Below, piece after piece: positions 38,470-50,628 of a stretch of DNA of 64,000 bases. The stretch comes from Callorhinchus milii (taxonomy: Eukaryota), in contig NW_024704743.1 in NCBI RefSeq assembly GCF_018977255.1, positions 38,194,001 to 38,258,000 on the forward strand, read 5' to 3'. The translations under genes were made by a program, and so were the position numbers. Below the pieces are notes generated by a model, which worked only from the letters and a program-made list of their open reading frames with translations, did no database searches and was not told the DNA's origin. Within the stretch, counting starts at the first letter, position 1; each line of letters starts with the position of its first letter.

Positions 38470-38661
38470 AATACGTACACCAATGCAGACAAGCTTTTGG
38501 AAGCAGCAGAACAGTTAGCTCAGACTGGAGAGTGCGACCCTGAAGAAATTTACCAGGCAGCCCACCAGCTGGAAGACCGCATCCAGGACTTTGTGAGAAG
38601 AGTGGAGCAGAGGAAGATCTTGCTCGATATGTCCGTTTCTTTTCACACCCACGTCAAAGAG
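38470..38661 (+). CDS. TRIO: TRIO coding exon G (192 nt): NTYTNADKLLEAAEQLAQTGECDPEEIY...SFHTHVKE
   Basis: Acceptor ttccctctttAG, donor GAG|GTGAGA. In frame. Confidence 0.96.
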
Positions 38662-39224
38662 GTGAGAACATTTTCTCCAGCACAAGAATAAATGTTTGTA
38701 GATATGGGTGAGTCGCATTTTCATGGACTTGCAGCTCTCACGTGAAACTTGTCCCTCCCCCACTCCTCCCAGCCCCCCATAACATTTATTCATACTTTAA
38801 AATGAAATTCACCATTCTGCATTCAAAGATTAAATATTTGTGTCAGTTGGGCTCAGTTAATAAGGCACTTGCCTCTGGTCTTGAGGCTTTTATGTGTAAT
38901 TGTGGGCATTTGTGTGCCTTTCACTCCACTTCCCCACTGCAGCTCCCTCTGCTCAGAGGGTTCTGGACTGTGTGTAATGTATCTTCGGCCCAGCTCATGA
39001 GTCCCCAGGGTATATATTTGCTGATCAATAATTAAATTATCACTACTTTGGTTTAGTAGCCTTCGGATATCCTCCCGATGTGAAACACGCTCTATAAATG
39101 TAATTTTGTTGTTGTTATTGTAGTAATAATAGGTATGAAGCAACAACCAAAACTGTTGCTGCAAAACCAAAGAACATTTTCCTCTTTTGCTCCTGTCCTC
39201 TTCATTTCGCCCACAAAAAATACA

Positions 39225-41458
39225 GTCAATTCACTTTACAGTATATTCTGTGAAGCGCTTTGAGAAGTCTAGAAGACGTGAAAAGCACTATATCAAATTC
39301 AAGGATTATTATTAACTGGATCAATAATGAATCAATACTTGAATTGTTTTGCTTTAGCAGGTATTTGCTACAATCAATTGAGAAGCAAAATATAGTTTCC
39401 GTTCAAATCATATACCAATGCCTTGAGCACAGTTATTTTGACCATGCATGAATCAGCTTTTCCTCCTTCCTTATAGTTTTGTCTAATTTAAAACTGAGTC
39501 ATGCAGAATTCTTGCGAAGGAGGGCATGTGTTACAATTTGGTATCTGTTATTTGAACTCGAATCAAAATGTAACAAATCAGCTCAGTGAAGTGCACATCT
39601 CAGAAATGATTGCTTGAGAAGAACAGCTGGCAAGTTCATTTGACAAGTCAGATATTGGTCTCCTACACTCGGTAGCAATGACAAATCTTTATCGTGAAAT
39701 GTGATTTCAATCTTACCAGGAAATAGTGATTTCGTTCAGAATTAGTCATGTGAAATGCATGTTTGCCATAAATATCGTTCAGTTTTGAAACTCACTCACA
39801 CTCTTCAGCTTGTGACTCACACATCAAATCAAAAGCATATGGGCTCCCTCCCTGAAGTCTGAATGAAAATCTTGCTGAACAACAAAGGATTCAATTCATT
39901 CAGGGCCCAGTATTTGTGACCACTAAAGTAAAACACCATATATCCAGATGACAACTATCTGCATTGCCTCTGATACTGAAGCTAAATTGGGCTGTGATGA
40001 CAGAAATTGTATTTTAGTTGCACCCTTGAATACAAGATATCCAGGATCCTAATTTTAACAGAGCATGAATGAAGTGGCAGAGCAAGGTAAGTACAAGATC
40101 CAGGTACATACAGATTAGAGAGAGCGAGAGAGAGGCAAACTACAAACATGCAGAAGCACTTATCCACATTGTTTTGATATCCACAATGGTGCAGGTCCTA
40201 ATTATTGCAGGCATTGGACTGTCCTGTAGATGGGTGCAAATGCAATATACTGCTGAAATCTATAGTCAATCAACAAACCAAAGAGTTGATTCTTATTTGA
40301 TATGGCTGCCGGGTTTCGCCCACAAATATACGGTCAATTCACTTTACAGTATATTCTGTGAAGCGCTTTGAGAAGTCTAGAAGACGTGAAAAGCACTATA
40401 TCAAATTCAAGGATTATTATTAACTGGATCAATAATGAATCAATACTTGAATTGTTTTGCTTTAGCAGGTATTTGCTACAATCAATTGAGAAGCAAAATA
40501 TAGTTTCCGTTCAAATCATATACCAATGCCTTGAGCACAGTTATTTTGACCATGCATGAATCAGCTTTTCCTCCTTCCTTATAGTTTTGTCTAATTTAAA
40601 ACTGAGTCATGCAGAATTCTTGCGAAGGAGGGCATGTGTTACAATTTGGTATCTGTTATTTGAACTCGAATCAAAATGTAACAAATCAGCTCAGTGAAGT
40701 GCACATCTCAGAAATGATTGCTTGAGAAGAACAGCTGGCAAGTTCATTTGACAAGTCAGATATTGGTCTCCTACACTCGGTAGCAATGACAAATCTTTAT
40801 CGTGAAATGTGATTTCAATCTTACCAGGAAATAGTGATTTCGTTCAGAATTAGTCATGTGAAATGCATGTTTGCCATAAATATCGTTCAGTTTTGAAACT
40901 CACTCACACTCTTCAGCTTGTGACTCACACATCAAATCAAAAGCATATGGGCTCCCTCCCTGAAGTCTGAATGAAAATCTTGCTGAACAACAAAGGATTC
41001 AATTCATTCAGGGCCCAGTATTTGTGACCACTAAAGTAAAACACCATATATCCAGATGACAACTATCTGCATTGCCTCTGATACTGAAGCTAAATTGGGC
41101 TGTGATGACAGAAATTGTATTTTAGTTGCACCCTTGAATACAAGATATCCAGGATCCTAATTTTAACAGAGCATGAATGAAGTGGCAGAGCAAGGTAAGT
41201 ACAAGATCCAGGTACATACAGATTAGAGAGAGCGAGAGAGAGGCAAACTACAAACATGCAGAAGCACTTATCCACATTGTTTTGATATCCACAATGGTGC
41301 AGGTCCTAATTATTGCAGGCATTGGACTGTCCTGTAGATGGGTGCAAATGCAATATACTGCTGAAATCTATAGTCAATCAACAAACCAAAGAGTTGATTC
41401 TTATTTGATATGGCTGCCGGGTTTCGCCCACAAATATACGGTCAATTCACTTTACAGT
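39225..41458. repeat. Tandem duplication, 1108-bp unit x2, bounded by SINE 3' fragments
   Basis: Identical ORFs offset by 1108 (39260/40368, 39982/41090); junction motif gtcaattcactttacagt at 39225, 40333 and 41441. Confidence 0.97.
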
Positions 41459-42834
41459 CTATTCTGTGAAGCGGTTTGAGAACGTCGAGAAGATGTGAAA
41501 AGCGCTATATCAAATGCAAGGATTATTATTATCTCCCTGAGAACTTGAAGTTTCAGCTACATTATCAGTAATGCTCAATGGCATTTCTTTATTTCCTAAG
41601 TTTCTCTATTCTTGTCATGTTATACTAAGGTTGTTTAACAAAGTAATGGTTCTGTTGCCTGAACACCTAAAGTCCAAATGCAAAACGTAGCTAAATAATA
41701 ACAATTACCCTAGGGAAGTGTTGTGAACTTGTGAATGTTGCATGCGAATGAGAGGAGAGAGTCTGCACTCTGTGCTAAACAGCTTAGACGGAATCCCTGT
41801 TACACCTAGCTATACCCCCGATAACTTGGGTCTAAAAAAAGTAGCTATTGTGTTATAACGGGTCTGTAATAACAAATGTCCACCAGACCTGCTTCCGAGT
41901 CGTTAGGTCGCTGATGCGTGTAAGATGGCATTAGTCATGAAAGCCCTTGCGACATTTTCTAAAGATAGAAATACCCATGAGAATAGTTATGGCTGACAAA
42001 CCTGCTTCCTCTGCACATTTCTGGAAACCACTGTCCAGAGGAAACGTGTATTCTAAGCCAAATTGTGCTCTAGTGAGCACTCATTTATGGGAGTCACCCT
42101 GTACCATGAAGCAAGAATCCTTTTGTCATAATTTTTACAGTTTCCAAGTTAGGATTTCAGTGCATGGAGACTGCTATTGGGTTATATTAGCTATTGCGCC
42201 GCTGATATAACAGGTTCATCCCGTTCTCGGCCTACCACTGGGAACATTTGTTTATAGAGCGTAACTGGCCTTGTACTTCCAAGTCTACCAGAAGGGTAGT
42301 GTGGGCTGATCTCAAAGCAGAATAGACCAGTATTTATTTTAAAAGAGAGATCTGTCCCTCTGAACATCAGCTGGAGTGACAGAAATACTGCCAGGGAAAT
42401 GGGGTTAGTTTGCAGGCGTCTTCCTCCCAGCAAAAAGATAATGCTGTTCTTGGACTGAGGCCAAGAGAACACAGCAGCCGAGTGAATCATCTGATTCCTC
42501 TTCCTGTCCCCTCCAGTTTGGAGGGAGGTACTCGGTGTTCACTTGTCTCCATCACGGCAGATCATGATGGAATGGGGAACTTAAGCCTGTACTCTATTAT
42601 TCTCTAGCATTACAAGTTGGTATTTCATCATCAGCTCTCCACATTATATTCTGCCCTCATTGGACCTGTACATTGATTTAAGTTGTAGAATATGAATGAT
42701 TGTACTATCAGCAATTCCAGTTAAAGCACATTCCCCCCCCAAAATGTACAGTGACTATACTTCACAGCAATTGCCAGTACAATGCTTTGAGACATTTCAA
42801 CTTTAAAGGTGCTTTATCAACAACAATTTACAAT

Positions 42835-43056
42835 TTTTGAATAGTGAACCTGTGGAACAGGCTCCCCAGGGAGACAATTGAAGCAGGAAGTGTTGATTCT
42901 TTCAAAGACAGATTAGATAGTTTTCTTTTAGGAAATAACATTATGGGGTATAGTATATAGGTAGTTTGGGGCATATGTGCAAGCGCCCGCCAGGAAGATG
43001 GAAGGCAAACTAGATAGACCTTGGTCTTTTTTCGTCTAGCATTTCTTATGTTCTTA
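42835..43056 (+). mobile_element. CR1 LINE 3'-end fragment
   Basis: atagtgaacctgtggaacaggctcccc (IVNLWNRLP) ... ttcaaagacagattagatagtttt ... tail ttcttatgttctt. Confidence 0.85.
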
Positions 43057-43602
43057 TTCATATAGCACTTTTCACATTGGAGATTTGGGAAAATTCAATA
43101 TCGAATGCAAGAATTTTTTTTACATACCTGCTTCTGTCCTGCTTTCACCCCAGTGCAAATTGGTATCTTAATTAGTATCAGTTTTAAATACCATAATGTA
43201 AACATGTTGATTTAACCACAACAACATCAGTGGCAATACAATTTGGAGGCACCAGGAAAAGTCTGCAAATCGCAGAACAGTCATTCATCTGGTCTGTAAA
43301 TAAAGGCTCAGTGGCCAGCCAGTGCTAAATTGTGCTTTGCTGCTGCAAAAGCAGGAAGTGTCACATAATAGTTCAGTTGTTTTTTCAGACATGTGATGAC
43401 TTAGCTTTCCTGACAGTGCTTCACGTACACGCACAAACAAAAAAAAAATCTGATCTGGTGTGTTAGGAAATCACTTCAACTGGAGCTTTACGGAGTACTG
43501 TGACCCACAGTAGTTTCCCTCGAAACCTGTTCTTAACCACAGACACCCATTGTATTTCACACTAGTGTTATATTTTACCTGTGGGTGTTTGTTGTTTTGT
43601 AG

Positions 43603-43772
43603 CTCTGGACCTGGCTGGAAGACCTACAGAAAGAACTCCTGGATGATGTGTATGCTGAGTCTGTGGAAGCAGTGCAGGACCTCATCAAGCGCTTTGGGCA
43701 GCAGCAGCAGACCACCCTGCAAGTGACAGTCAATGTCATCAAGGAAGGGGAGGATCTAATCCAGCAACTGAG
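43603..43772 (+). CDS. TRIO: TRIO coding exon H (170 nt, phase 0/2): [36 protein letters not shown]...EDLIQQL(R)
   Basis: Acceptor gttgttttgtAG, donor GAG|GTTAGT. Split codon AG|G joins exon I. Manual translation. Confidence 0.95.
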
Positions 43773-44030
43773 GTTAGTATTTTAAGGTTTGTAACTAACT
43801 GTTGTTGTTTACAAGATAAGCACTCATTTTGGAAAAAGGCTACCTCACCAAGGTGGAGGAATATTCTTAAGGCAGATGCTTAGGTCCTCAGCCGTTAAAG
43901 GCGTACCGTGTAATATTGTTTTTAATACATTTAAAAATCGCAGTTGTGTTGTCGAGTGGTTTGATAAATAGCCTCAATTCATTTTGGATAATCCGGTAAT
44001 TTGAAGCTGATCATCAGTCATCATGATTGT

Positions 44031-44139
44031 CCACAACAATAACAATAATAACAATAGTAATGGTAGTAATAATAACAACAATCCTTTTGCATTTGATTTA
44101 GCGCCTTATCAAGTCTTCAGGACGTCTCGAAGACTTGAT
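44031..44139 (-). mobile_element. SINE tail fragment with expanded (AAT/AAC)n microsatellite and terminal fold-back
   Basis: aacaataat run, then aatcctttt gcatttgatttagcgccttatcaagtcttcaggacgtctc. Confidence 0.8.
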
Positions 44140-46262
44140 GCTAATGTAGCACAATAAAGCGCCTTACGATACAGAATTATAATATTTAGTGAATAGTCTA
44201 GATTCTGAAAAGGGAGCTGGCAGGATAGTGCAGTGGCTGCAGTGTTGGAGTAATGGGATGTGCGCTTCCACTCACACGCACACGCTCAGTTCCTGAATCC
44301 CAATTGCAGGAAGGCATGGAGCAAAGGTCAGGCTCTTCCCTTAGAGAGGGTGAATTGGGGGAGAAAAAGAGAGACGTTCTCATCTGCTCCAGCACACCAC
44401 CAAACTAAAGCATCAATAGCAAAAACTTGGAAAAATGGCAGCTGCCTTTCTCTGCCATGGGGTTACATGGTGCACAGATTTCAATAGAAAGATTACAGGG
44501 CGAAAATAATTTTTGCCGCTTTTACTGCACACCTAAGAGTGAAACCAATTTCTATCGGGATACTGAGCAGGAAACTTCTCATTGTTCCTTATTGTTTTCA
44601 GTGACTCCACGAAAAAAAAAGGCCAAATTTTAAATTTGTGTGTTTTTTTAAACGTGACCAATTCAAAGTTCCAAATCTGTCCTAAAGTCTTTGAGTAGAT
44701 GCCAGTAGTGAGCTCAATGATTTACACCCCTCCATATCTGTGAATGTAATTGCCATCTGCTTCAGGCAGTGATAGAAGTGAGTTTCCAATGTGATTTAAC
44801 ACCATCTGAGACCTCCCTCTCCCCCTTTATATGATACCTTGGGAGTGAATCACTTGATCCTCTGCCAAACATGCAGAATAAACACATCATCAAAACAAAC
44901 GCTTGAAAGAGATTCTTGCCTTTGAACGAATAAAATGAACAGTGAGAAAATTTAAACCCAAGAATCCAATCTCAGGTGCAGATATTGATTAGAATTGCTT
45001 CAGCTTTGTTCTTAGTTTCACACATGATCTGAATCCTCTGTTTATGCCTTGGATAGTTTTAAATGCAAACATATAATGAACAAAGCAAAGCTACCTCAGG
45101 GTCTTTCTGTTTGACTGCTGGTATTTGTATTACTATTCGTGATCTGAACAATTTATCTCTGACTAAGAATTGAGCAAGATAATAGTTGATTTAAATGTTT
45201 ATAATTTGGTTATTCTTTTTTTGCTATGCAGCAGTGCATGGATTGTTGTGGATTAGTTAGGGAACATTAGGGAAATGTTTAAAAGTATTAATGCTGAAGC
45301 AATGTATTGAAACATTGAATGCTTTACTTATATGGTATTTTGAGTTTGTTTAAATTATTTTTATTTCCTTTTAATTTACTTTCTTAACCCCGTCCCTTTC
45401 CCTCGTGGCTATGCGCTAGTTCCAATTAAAAGCAAGGAACCATTCTGTCCCCAGGACTCTCCCGGTATTGCTTTTGGGTCAGCTGTGAGATAGTACTGGA
45501 GCAGATCATGATTGCTTGCTATGTGTTCAGATATGCAAGGTACTTGTCATTATACCTTGACGGATCGACCAAGATTTGGAGCTGAGATGGATATTTTGTG
45601 GAGCACGTTGGTGAATCAGCACCGCAACAGCCCTGCTTTTGCTTTTTATTTAAATGGTTCACAAAGTCGCTAACACAGACGACCAGCTTCAAGTTGACTG
45701 CCACTGCTTCAAATGAAATAACACGAGAAGTTCACTGCTTATTGTGTCACAGTTACCATTTAAGACTGAAGCATTCAGATTTGTTCTTTTGTGTGACCGG
45801 CAATTTTAATTTTGCCAAAGAACTGACGATTGATTGTACACAATCTATAATTGGTGTCAGATTGTTAAATTGTATCCGCAGGTTTGATGTAGAGTCAGCA
45901 ATGCAGAAGAATATTAACAAGAAGGTCTATTACTTCAAGATGCATCAAACCCAGGATATGTTTAGCTTTGCTTTGAAGTACCAGAATTGTTTCTGATAAA
46001 TTATGTTTCATTCATGAAAAAATATTTCAGAGATTACAGTGCACTTTTGATAAATAGTGAGCTCTGCATAACATTACCATAGTATATTTGCATATTATTA
46101 ACAGGACAGTCGGATGCTAATTAGAAAAACGTCAACCTGATTTGCTTCTAAATGACTGGACTTCTAAGGGTTTGAAGTTTTTGGTAACCCATCTAATGTA
46201 TACAGGATTCAATTGTTATGTTCGCTCGCCTCAGTTACTTTTCTGTCATACTTTCTTGTTAG

Positions 46263-46437
46263 GGATTCTGCCATCTCGAGTAACAAGACTCCACACAACA
46301 GCTCCATTAATCACATCGAGAGTGTTCTCCAGCAGCTCGATGAAGCCCAGGCTCAGATGGAAGACCTCTTTCAGGAGCGCAAGATCAAGCTGGATCTCTT
46401 CCTTCAGCTCCGTGTTTTTGAACGGGATGCTATAGAT
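46263..46437 (+). CDS. TRIO: TRIO coding exon I (175 nt, phase 2/0): (R)[19 protein letters not shown]...[10 protein letters not shown]
   Basis: Acceptor ctttcttgttAG, donor GAT|GTAGGT. Phase matches exon H. Confidence 0.95.
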
Positions 46438-46942
46438 GTAGGTGTCACATAGCAGAAAATAATAGGGTTGCTGAAATATCTTGCTTTTCTTTTGCTCTCT
46501 GACCCCTCTTTCCTCTCCCCAACCACTAATTCTCAAAGGCAAATATTTTCATATTATTAACTCATACTTCAGCTTTGGCCTCTTTCCCTTACGTGGTGAA
46601 CACTGTGTTCACTGCACTCTGCATGATGCCTCTGGATCTCTGGGTTGAGTAGTCTCCTCTTTCCCTACCCCCACCTCCATGTGTCATCGACACAAACCCC
46701 AATATTTGGTCCTTTGAGATGAACAGATTGAAAATGAAAATTTGGAATTCAGCCATAGCTAGAATTTTGTGGCATGAGCTCCTTTCAATTACCTCTAGGA
46801 ACTAGTGTAACATTTATATCACTGTAAGTAGTAAATTCAGAATTTCCTTCCTCCTCCTCCTCCTCATCATCATTGAAGTTTTCAGTACAAACTTTGCTCA
46901 ACTGGAAATAGTTGCTTTGGAAAAATAGACTGTTTACTGTTT

Positions 46943-47085
46943 ATAATAATCCTTAATAATCCTTGCATTTGATATAGCGCCTTATCACGTCTTCAAGACG
47001 TCTCAAAGCGCTTCACAGAATATAGTATAAAGTGAATTGACTGTATATTTTGTGGGGGAAACGCAGCAGCAAATTGCGCACAGTA
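46943..47085 (-). mobile_element. tRNA-SINE 3' half
   Basis: aataatccttgcatttgatatagcgccttatcacgtc ... aaattgcgcacag. Confidence 0.88.
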
Positions 47086-49533
47086 TGTTTGGCCATACAA
47101 GGATAATAAGATTTCGAGCTTTTTGGTCCTCAGTCTCCACTGCCTTTCACATGCCAACATATATTTTGTGGCCCTCATTATACTCAGTTGGCAATTATGT
47201 GCCATTGTTTTCTTAAATTGAACTATCTCCGGCCTCCATTGGTGCTTGCTGTCATCTCTTCTACCTCTGAAGTCAGCCTCCGCTGCCAATGTGTTTCTCG
47301 CCTTCTTTATCACTTCCAATGCTCTCTCAGTGCGTGTCCTCAATGTCTGGCTCTGTAGAATGCACACATGCACACCATAAAGAGGGGAAAAAAGATAAAT
47401 TAAACAAGGGGAAGTTTTTCTCTCAAGTAGGTAATCAAGAGCCGAAACTGAGTGTGTACAAATCCATAGATCTAATCCTGACAGTGACCTATCCTACTGT
47501 ATTCAATAAGGCATTCTTCCAAATTCACACATCATTGGATAATTCACTGTACAATGTTTATTTAATTCCGTATGAATCTGTTTTTTATAGTGCTATTGAG
47601 AAAAGTATTTTTCATCTGTCCCTGATCTTTCCCTAAAAACTGCAGTAATACATTTACAATGTATTTTTAGAACAGAGTCAGACTGCAGATAAATTATGTT
47701 CCTTTGTTACTCGAGGCTACATATGAAATGTTACTTGACATGAGCATTTTTTTGCTCTGCATTTAAACTAGCAATGAGGGCTAATGTGCATCAGTTTGTC
47801 GCTGGCTTCTGTAAAAAGGAAACTGGAAGCCAAACACGCCAACCTGATAGAACTGTTTGACCCGGGTCCGTGTGACTTACACACTGGTCATTGGAAGGGA
47901 ATTCCCCCAAATTAACTCCCATTTTTGTACCATTTTTGATTCAATGGTAATAATACATACTAAAGGGTTAAAAATTCAACTAACTAAAAGCTCCCATGAC
48001 CGTTGATGCATAAACGAATTGCTCGGACCCCTGATGTAACCTTTTCGATTAAAGAGGTGAACAATTAGAATGATGGGACTTTGCTAATTAGGTGTCACTT
48101 TAAAAATGACAGCAGCCCTCCCCCCGCGCCCCCCCCCCCCCCCTCCCCTTGGACGTCCCCTCCCTCCAGGGGCTTGAAATGTTAACCATGAAAAAGGATC
48201 AGGTTAATGCTTTCTGAACACAAGAAGGTTGCTCCCTGGGATAGACATTTTGAGAGCGTATTGATAAATAGTTTAAATTAATTTAAAAAAAGAACACTTT
48301 AAACTGATGAGCTCTATCAGCAATGTCTATGACTTGCTATCAGTGTCTCCAGGAGTCTAATGAGCAGTTGCTGGGCAACTGAGCGATAGAATTGCAATTG
48401 GTACTTTCTGGATTCCTGAGAGCGAATCTTCACATGGTGGTCGAGTCACAAGATCACAGGAGAGCTGCTGGCCTCTGTAGTCCTAAATTACAGCTTTTTA
48501 TCGCGAGCAGTTTTATAGCTGCCTTCTAGATACTTTACACTCCTATCTGGAATTGCCTAAGTTATACTTTGCTTTTATTTTCATATTTCTTTTAACACTC
48601 TGATTTTGAATGCCGTCTGTAAATGTAGTCGTGATGCAGAGCAAATAATCTCTCTAAGAAAACAGGAGTTTTGAAAAGAATCAGATTTTCTTGAGAGAAA
48701 CAAATTCTACGATAAGCCCTCCATCCTCTTTCAGTCAGAGCCTACAATAGTGGTCCAGGCTAGAAACTTCTGCAATTTTAGAGCAACTGTTTGATTTGTA
48801 CTAAGAAGACAAGCAATGTGTGTTTCCACCCCCCCCCCACAATCTTGTGCCTCTTAAACCACAAGCACTAACAATCACTGTGGTTTTGCCTCCTAAATTT
48901 AAGGGAGAATTGACAAGAGAATTGAGCGCATATTTCTTGTAGCAGCACATTGTTTAACTGAGCATTGCCAAAAAAAGGATTTGCAGCTCAGTCCCAGTTG
49001 CAGTTGGGGTTATTTTTGCACTTTTAGAATACAAAAGTACCTCATCACTAGGGCAAACACGTTCTCTACTACTGAAATATTTTTACCATTCATATCATAT
49101 GCTCTTAATAATTCACAAGAAAACCAGGTTGGCTGGATATATACACAGATTAACCACACGTATGTTTCGATATCTCCACGCACAGCTTCTATTATCAGAT
49201 TGTGAAATTATCAAAACTTTAAATATATAGAATTGTAGGATTAAACGGCTGCAAAGTTGTTTTGCAAAATCAAGACATACCGAAAGCTGAATATATTTTG
49301 TACTGTTACAAATACATTGGTAAAAATACACCAACATAACTGAGTGTGCTGAAATATTGCTTAAAAAAAACCTAAGGCAAAAAGAGCCACACTGAATTTA
49401 TTTTGGCGAGGCTAATTTGAGCTGTGCTGCTTTCCAGAACAGTACTGTAATTTCACAAAATGAGTAACCTGCATCAGATCTCTTAACAAATCAAACCATT
49501 TGTGTTGGGTTATATATGTGACTTTTTTTGCAG

Positions 49534-49569
49534 AAGGTTGGCCAGTTCCAATTTCCCAACAGTTCACAG
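49534..49569 (+). other. Candidate 36-nt in-frame cassette exon of TRIO (KVGQFQFPNSSQ)
   Basis: tttttttgcAG acceptor after an AG-free stretch with branch-like tcttaac (49481-87); CAG|GTAAGA donor; open in phase 0 inside the phase-0 intron I-J. No transcript evidence. Confidence 0.4.
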
Positions 49570-50432
49570 GTAAGAATTTGTAAGTGTGGCTAATGTGTAG
49601 ACTGTGTATTTGTAGCCAGGTGATTGGGACCTCGCCTGTAACAGTCAGAGAATGAATCTGTAAGTATGAATTAGCAAGCCGTGTACGTGTGCAAAATTAT
49701 CAACGGCGACAAGATAATGAAAATAATTCACACTGTGATGCCAGGAAGGCTGCTTTAATCCTGACACTGTGAGTTGAATTATTGTCTAACTCACTGTTCC
49801 TAAGTCACTAAGTGAATGCAATAATAAATGAATAATTCCACTGTTGTAAATGGTGGGGAAGCCTACAGCCCAAGGTAGTAATATTATCGGTGTCACACCT
49901 GAGTGGCAAGATAACCTCCAACAATAACAATTAAGCATCTTCATCTTGTGTGGCATATATCAGAGTTCAGTTTAGGCCAGAGGGTATGTTTGTATCTGGC
50001 ATACTCTCAAGAGAATTTTTTTTGAAAAAGCAGATCATTTGAATGTAGGAATGAGCACTGTGAAAGTGAGAGCTATTTTGTGAAATTACAGTAGTTTATC
50101 AAATGCAACATTTTTATATTTTTAAAAAGAATCAGAGCTAAGCTATGGCTCGAGTCTAAAGAGACCAATTTCCAAATTTGGTTTTGTTGATGATCGTAGG
50201 CGAGATTTCATAAATCAATGTGGTTAGTTCAATTAAATGAAACTGTTTCAATTGAGAATTGAAAGATAATTACATTACTTGTTGGCCTGATTAATGTGGG
50301 AGGCTGAGACCGAGCTCCACCAAGTAGATGTTCATCACTTCGGAAGTCATCCTTCCAGATGGATATTTCATACAAGTCAGTGCACCAGTTCAATGTGCTT
50401 TTCCATAAATTGTGATGGGTTCCTTCTTTCAG

Positions 50433-50628
50433 ATCATTTCAGACCTCGAGTCTTGGAATGACGAGCTGTCTCAACAGATGAATGACTTTGACACTGAGGA
50501 CCTGACCCTTGCTGAGCAGAGATTGCAACATCATGCGGACAAAGCCTTAACCATGAACAACCTGACTTTCGATGTGATCCACCAGGGACAAGAGCTGTTG
50601 CAGTATGTGAACGAGGTGCAGGCCTCAG
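50433..50628 (+). CDS. TRIO: TRIO coding exon J (196 nt, phase 0/1): [24 protein letters not shown]...YVNEVQAS(G)
   Basis: Acceptor tccttctttcAG, donor CAG|GTATAC. Split codon G|GT joins exon K. Confidence 0.94.

Noticed and set aside
48303..48320. CTGATGA motif suggesting a hammerhead ribozyme (also at 51111)
   Set aside because: No stem II followed by GAAA and no compatible stems I and III.
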